Source: an uncultured Acidobacteriota bacterium
GTDB taxonomy: Bacteria; Acidobacteriota; Vicinamibacteria; Vicinamibacterales; 2-12-FULL-66-21
Direction of reading: 5' to 3'
DNA: 64,000 nucleotides
Assembly (NCBI GenBank): GCA_963844245.1
Contig: CAWJNJ010000005.1
Location: 882,388-946,387, forward strand
Under the pieces are notes generated by a model that was not told the origin of the DNA, searched no databases, and worked only from the letters and a program-made list of their open reading frames with translations. A program made the position numbers and the translations under genes. Of this stretch, positions 59,959 through 64,000 are shown one piece after another (the first letter of the stretch is position 1; the number at the start of each line of letters is the position of its first letter).

Positions 59959-60409
59959 GGCCACCGCCATATCCAGTGAGCGTACCGTTGCTGCCGATGA
60001 TCCTGTGGCAGGGGACGACGACGGCAACCGGATTGGCACCATTGGCCGCACCGACGGCCCGAACGGCCGTGGGCGAGCCGACCAGGACGGCTATTTCGGC
60101 GTAGGTCGCGGTCTTGCCGGCGGGAACCTGTCGTAGCGCGTCCCAGACCCGCTTCTGGAAGGGCGTGCCGTTCATCTCGACGCCGATGCGGTCGATGGCA
60201 CCGAGGTCACCGGCGAAGTAATCAACGAGTGCGGATGCGGCCCGGCCAGGGTCCGTGCTGTGCTCGATGGTTTCCGCGGGATACCAGCGCTGGAGCTTGG
60301 CGCGGACGAATTCATCGTCCCCGCCGAAATGAAGCAGGCAGACGCGCCCGTTCCTGGCCGCCAGGGTCAGCGCATCAATGGGAGTGTCGACAACCGCGAG
60401 CTCGATCAC
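59906..60409 (-). CDS. ogt: methylated-DNA--protein-cysteine methyltransferase
   Basis: Active site VVPCHRIIGSNG...YGGG. 167 aa. Confidence 0.9.
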   Translation of the reverse strand: MIELAVVDTPIDALTLAARNGRVCLLHFGGDDEFVRAKLQRWYPAETIEHSTDPGRAASALVDYFAGDLGAIDRIGVEMNGTPFQKRVWDALRQVPAGKTATYAEIAVLVGSPTAVRAVGAANGANPVAVVVPCHRIIGSNGTLTGYGGGLKRKEWLLRHEGWLLSA

Positions 60410-60441
60410 ATTCCAAGATTACACGGGCCACGGCCAGTTCG

Positions 60442-61062
60442 TTAGGCGTTGACGGCGCGGCGGCTGGTGAAGAGCGAAGGCGCTCGCACGCGGAGCGCGG
60501 CGACCAGGCTGGTGCCGAATGACCCGCAGCCAACGATCGTCGCAGCGGTGAAGTAGACCGGCGCAAACAAGCCGACGGAGGCAAGGAAACTGGTGCCTAA
60601 AACCGTGACGCCCATGATTCCGAACAGGCAGACGCAGGTCGCGTCGAACGCGGCCGCCACGACCCGGGCGGTATAGATCGGCGACATCTGCGCGGGCGGC
60701 GCGTCGCTCGCGCGGCGGCGCCGCTCACGGCCGGCGGGCAGCGGTTCGCCGGCGCCGTCCACCTTGTGTCCAATCAACTCGCCCTGGGCCTTGACGATGC
60801 GGCTGGTGCGCCGATCGCCTTGCGGGTACTGGCGGCAGAATTCGTCCACGACGGCGTCCGCATCGAGGCCGATCGCCCGCGCGTAGTCGCGCACGAAGGC
60901 GCGAGCAAAAATCCCTGAGGGCCACCGCGACAGGTCGTTCTGCTCGAGGCCGATCCAGAGATCGACGCTCACCTTGGTGGTCTCGGCCAGGCCATCCAGG
61001 CTGATCCCACGCTTTTCCCGTTCCCGCCGAAGCCGCATGCCGAACTGTTCCCGGTCAGCCAT
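60442..61062 (-). CDS. RodZ-like helix-turn-helix (HTH_25) membrane protein
   Basis: From ATG 61062: FGMRLRREREKRGISLDGLAETTKVSVDLWIGLEQNDLSRWPSGIFARAFVRDYARAIGLD, followed by C-terminal TM helices. Confidence 0.65.
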   Translation of the reverse strand: MADREQFGMRLRREREKRGISLDGLAETTKVSVDLWIGLEQNDLSRWPSGIFARAFVRDYARAIGLDADAVVDEFCRQYPQGDRRTSRIVKAQGELIGHKVDGAGEPLPAGRERRRRASDAPPAQMSPIYTARVVAAAFDATCVCLFGIMGVTVLGTSFLASVGLFAPVYFTAATIVGCGSFGTSLVAALRVRAPSLFTSRRAVNA

Positions 61063-61201
61063 CAGGACGACGTCAGACAGCAAAGACCGCGCCTCACCAC
61101 AACGGTGCAATTACGTCCGGTTTGTGCACTTCTGGCCCGAGCCCGTTTCGGTTCCGTAATCGGGCTGCGAGAATTGTCGGAAGCGGCTTTTATACTGATA
61201 T

Positions 61202-62296
61202 GTGCGCACCCGGTGCCTTTCGATCCACGCGACATATCGCTGCCGCCACAGCGGCGCGTGCTGCCGCGCGGCGTGGGACATCGAGGTCGAACCATATGTG
61301 GTAGCGGCCGTAACGGCCGGCCGTGTCATCCCTTTGTCTTCCACGGCGACACCATTTGTTCCAAGTGTCGAGGACACCTCCGCCACGATGCTTGCCCGGA
61401 CGGCGGAGGGCTGGTGTGGCTTTCGCCAGAATCAGCGCTGCTCGCTGCAGCAGGCCGGGGGCGAGGAGATGCTGCCGTCGGCCTGCCGGCACTTTCCGCG
61501 CGTGTTCCTGCGGGATCCGCGCGGGACGATGGTGGCGCTGAGCCACTACTGCCCCACTGCCGCTGCACTTCTGCTCGACGACCGTCCGCTCACAGTCGTG
61601 GACGCCACGCCACCGTTGGCGCTGGCGGAGCCGATCGAGGGCCTCGATGCTCGCGAGGCGCTGCCGCCGCTGGTGCGGCCCGGCCTGCTGGCCGACATCC
61701 AAGGCTACGCGGCCTGGGAGAACGCGGTCCTGGCTGAATTCATAGCGGCGTCTTCAATAGACGTCGCGCTCGGCAGGATCGGTACAGCAACAGAGCGCAT
61801 TCGCCAGTGGACGCCGATGCGCGGCCGCCTGTGCGATGCCGTCGCGAACGCCTTCGCCAATCTGGCGTCCCAATCCTCGGCCGGCCCCGATCTGTCGGAA
61901 GGCTTCGGCGCCGTCCGCGAGGTCAGTGGGCCGCATCCTCTCCTCGAAGTGGACGACGACTTCGCGACGGCATGGATTGCGCTCGAGTCCGACTGGGCCG
62001 ATCTGCTTCGTCGTCCGATGGCGAACTACATGGCGGCGTGCACCTTCGGTAACTGGACCGCATACCGGGGCCAGGGCTTGCGAACGATTGTCGCGTGGCT
62101 GCACGGATGCTACGACGTGCTGCGCGTGCAGTTGGTCCGGCACGCCACCAGCGCCGGCGAGATCAACAAAGAGGTCCTGATCGAGTCCTTCAGAATGGCG
62201 GACTTCATCATCGTCCACACGGTTCCGTCCCTGGAGTTTGGCCGTACCGCCGCGGTGTTCGAGCAGGTGGCGCCCAAACTATGGCATCCCCAGTGA
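61202..62296 (+). CDS. YkgJ/FliB-like cysteine-cluster protein
   Basis: The N-terminal CxxxxxxxxC...CC..W.IEV pattern (CLSIHATYRCRHSGACCRAAWDIEV) resembles the FliB/YkgJ CxxCxxCC family. 364 aa; family call from memory. Confidence 0.45.
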   Translation: MRTRCLSIHATYRCRHSGACCRAAWDIEVEPYVVAAVTAGRVIPLSSTATPFVPSVEDTSATMLARTAEGWCGFRQNQRCSLQQAGGEEMLPSACRHFPRVFLRDPRGTMVALSHYCPTAAALLLDDRPLTVVDATPPLALAEPIEGLDAREALPPLVRPGLLADIQGYAAWENAVLAEFIAASSIDVALGRIGTATERIRQWTPMRGRLCDAVANAFANLASQSSAGPDLSEGFGAVREVSGPHPLLEVDDDFATAWIALESDWADLLRRPMANYMAACTFGNWTAYRGQGLRTIVAWLHGCYDVLRVQLVRHATSAGEINKEVLIESFRMADFIIVHTVPSLEFGRTAAVFEQVAPKLWHPQ

Positions 62297-63537
62297 TCAC
62301 GTCCTCCGCACTCGAACGATTCCTTCGCTACGTCACGATCGACACGCGCGCGGATGATGCGTCGGGCATCTCGCCGTCCACGCCAGGGCAACTGGAGATG
62401 ATGCGTCTGCTCGTCGACGAGCTGCGCGAACTTGGTCTCGAGGACGTTGTCCTCGACGACCATGGTTACGTGATGGCGACGGTTCCGGCTTCCTCTCCGA
62501 AGGCTGGCGTGCCGGTCATCGGCTTCATTGCGCACGTGGACACGTCGCCGGAGATGAGCGGCGCCGGCGTGCGACCGATCGTTCATCGAAAGTACGACGG
62601 CCGCGATCTTGTCCTTCCAGACGATCCGTCGATGGTGCTGCGCACGGCTGATGACCCGGCACTTGCCGCACGCCTCGGCGACGACATCGTCACGGCATCC
62701 GGCACGACCCTGCTCGGTGCGGACGACAAGGCCGGCGTCGCCGAGATCATGGCGGCCGTCGAGCACCTGCTGCGGCATCCAGAGATTCCGCACGGCGTCA
62801 TCCGGATCGGGTTCACGCCGGATGAAGAGATCGGCCGCGGCGCCGATCATTTCGACGTCGCCCGATTTGGCGCGGTGTGCGCCTACACGTTGGATGGTGG
62901 AAGCCGCGGCGAGCTGGAGCACGCCAGCTTTTCCGCGGACCTCCTCACCGTCGTGTTCAAAGGCTTCAACACGCACCCCGGCTACGCGAAGGGGCGAATG
63001 GTCAACGCGATCCGCGCCGCCGCGGACTTCGTGGCCTCGCTCCCCCGCACCGAGATGTCGCCTGAAACGACGGACGGCGACGACGGCTTCGTGCATCCGT
63101 ACGACGTCCAGGCCGGTGTCGACCAGACCACCGTGAAAGTGCTCATCCGTGACTTCATGACCGGGGAACTCGGGACCAAGCGCGCAATGCTCGAGTATCT
63201 CGCGCGTGACGCCGCTGCCCGTCATTCCGGCTGCGGCGTCGAGACGATCGTGACCGAACAGTATCGAAACATGGGCGAGGTCCTCGAGCGCCATCCGCAG
63301 GTGGTCGAACATGCCAGGACGGCCATGCGGCGCGTCGGGCTTGAGCCGATCGAACGGCCGATTCGCGGCGGGACCGATGGCTCCCGCCTCTCGTTCATGG
63401 GCCTGCCGACGCCGAACCTCTTCGCCGGGGAACATAACTTCCATTCGCGTGTCGAATGGGTGTCGGCTCAGGACATGGACAAGGCCGTCGAGGTCATCGT
63501 CGAGCTCTGCCGGGTCTGGTGGGAGTCTCCCGCATAA
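62281..63537 (+). CDS. pepT: peptidase T (M20B tripeptide aminopeptidase)
   Basis: From ATG 62281: LERFLRYVTIDT...GFIAHVDTSP...LGADDKAG...FTPDEEIG...GGTDGS. 418 aa. Confidence 0.9.
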   Translation: MASPVITSSALERFLRYVTIDTRADDASGISPSTPGQLEMMRLLVDELRELGLEDVVLDDHGYVMATVPASSPKAGVPVIGFIAHVDTSPEMSGAGVRPIVHRKYDGRDLVLPDDPSMVLRTADDPALAARLGDDIVTASGTTLLGADDKAGVAEIMAAVEHLLRHPEIPHGVIRIGFTPDEEIGRGADHFDVARFGAVCAYTLDGGSRGELEHASFSADLLTVVFKGFNTHPGYAKGRMVNAIRAAADFVASLPRTEMSPETTDGDDGFVHPYDVQAGVDQTTVKVLIRDFMTGELGTKRAMLEYLARDAAARHSGCGVETIVTEQYRNMGEVLERHPQVVEHARTAMRRVGLEPIERPIRGGTDGSRLSFMGLPTPNLFAGEHNFHSRVEWVSAQDMDKAVEVIVELCRVWWESPA

Positions 63538-63580
63538 TCGGCGTTAGGAGGACGAAATAACTTTTACCCTGTTTGTTCAC

Positions 63581-63610
63581 TTGACATTGTTCTACTAATT
63601 AACTAGTACT
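63581..63610 (+). promoter_or_regulatory. putative blaI promoter with overlapping palindromic operator
   Basis: TTGACA (63581), a 17-nt spacer, then TAGTAC (63604). The near-palindrome ACTAaTTAAcTAGT (63594-63607) spans the spacer and -10 box. Only ~7 nt separate the -10 box from the ATG. Confidence 0.45.
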
Positions 63611-63616
63611 AAGGCC

Positions 63617-63994
63617 ATGCGACCACCGCACCCCACCCTCACCCCCCAGGAACTCGCGATCATGAAAGTCATCTGGCGCATTGGCAGCGCCACGGTGCGC
63701 GACGTTTACGAGGCGCTGCGCACCGAGCGCACCATCGCCTACACGACCGTGATGACGATGATGCGGATCCTGGAGGACAAGGGGTACCTGACGAAGAGCT
63801 CGGCGGATCGGGCGTTCGTCTATGCACCGGCCAAACCGCGCCAGCAGGTTGTCGGTGCGATGGTTCGCGACTTCGTGGACCGCGTCTTCGATGGCGCCTC
63901 CGGCTCGCTGCTGGTCCACCTGGCGAAAGACAACCGGCTGACCGACAAGCAGCGCCGGGCGATCGAGAAACTCGTGAAGGACCTGGAGGATTGA
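63617..63994 (+). CDS. blaI: BlaI/MecI/CopY family transcriptional repressor
   Basis: Winged-helix N-terminus (LTPQELAIMKVIWRIGSATVRDVYEAL...YTTVMTMMRILEDKGYL). 125 aa. Confidence 0.85.
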   Translation: MRPPHPTLTPQELAIMKVIWRIGSATVRDVYEALRTERTIAYTTVMTMMRILEDKGYLTKSSADRAFVYAPAKPRQQVVGAMVRDFVDRVFDGASGSLLVHLAKDNRLTDKQRRAIEKLVKDLED

Positions 63995-64000
63995 TGCCGC

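Noticed and set aside
63994-64000. Start of a BlaR1-like gene after blaI
   Set aside because: Only 7 nt fall inside the window, so I cannot support it as a feature. It is mentioned only as context.

Overview
High-GC chromosomal segment, probably from an Acidobacteriota-like organism. The taxonomic inference rests on four ADOP-type duplicated MacB/FtsX orphan permeases, a TIGR03436-type VWFA protein, and many Tat-, Sec- or lipoprotein-exported hydrolases. I support about 55 protein-coding genes. They include housekeeping genes (clpS-clpA-grpE, guaB, speA, pepT, ogt, sufE, a rhodanese, a TrmH methylase), secreted hydrolases (two BNR/sortilin propellers, a TldD/PmbA pair, M28 peptidase, penicillin/AHL-acylase-type enzyme, phytase-like esterase), a Doc/AbrB toxin-antitoxin pair, a LytS/LytTR two-component pair and a BlaI repressor. 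I saw no rRNA, tRNA, CRISPR array, transposase, integrase or phage genes, and I found no convincing new multi-gene protein system such as a defence island. Three things are unusual. (1) A family of intergenic hairpins has arms made of degenerate short-period tandem repeats (AGCT+N3 heptads, ATGG+N3 heptads, 10-11 nt CACAGAAGAA units); the ATGG-type copies share loop motifs. (2) A roughly 250-bp inverted-repeat pair flanks about 307 bp between two convergent genes, next to a gutted amidohydrolase remnant. (3) By my count 27 reading-frame breaks affect 17 genes, all between 11.8 and 52.8 kb. Of these, 24 behave like single-base insertions and guaB is among the genes hit, so assembly indels are far more likely than biology. 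Frameshifted genes are reported as single reconstructed genes, with the junctions noted. CDS coordinates are anchored on the ORF track; non-coding coordinates were counted by hand and may be off by 1-2 nt.
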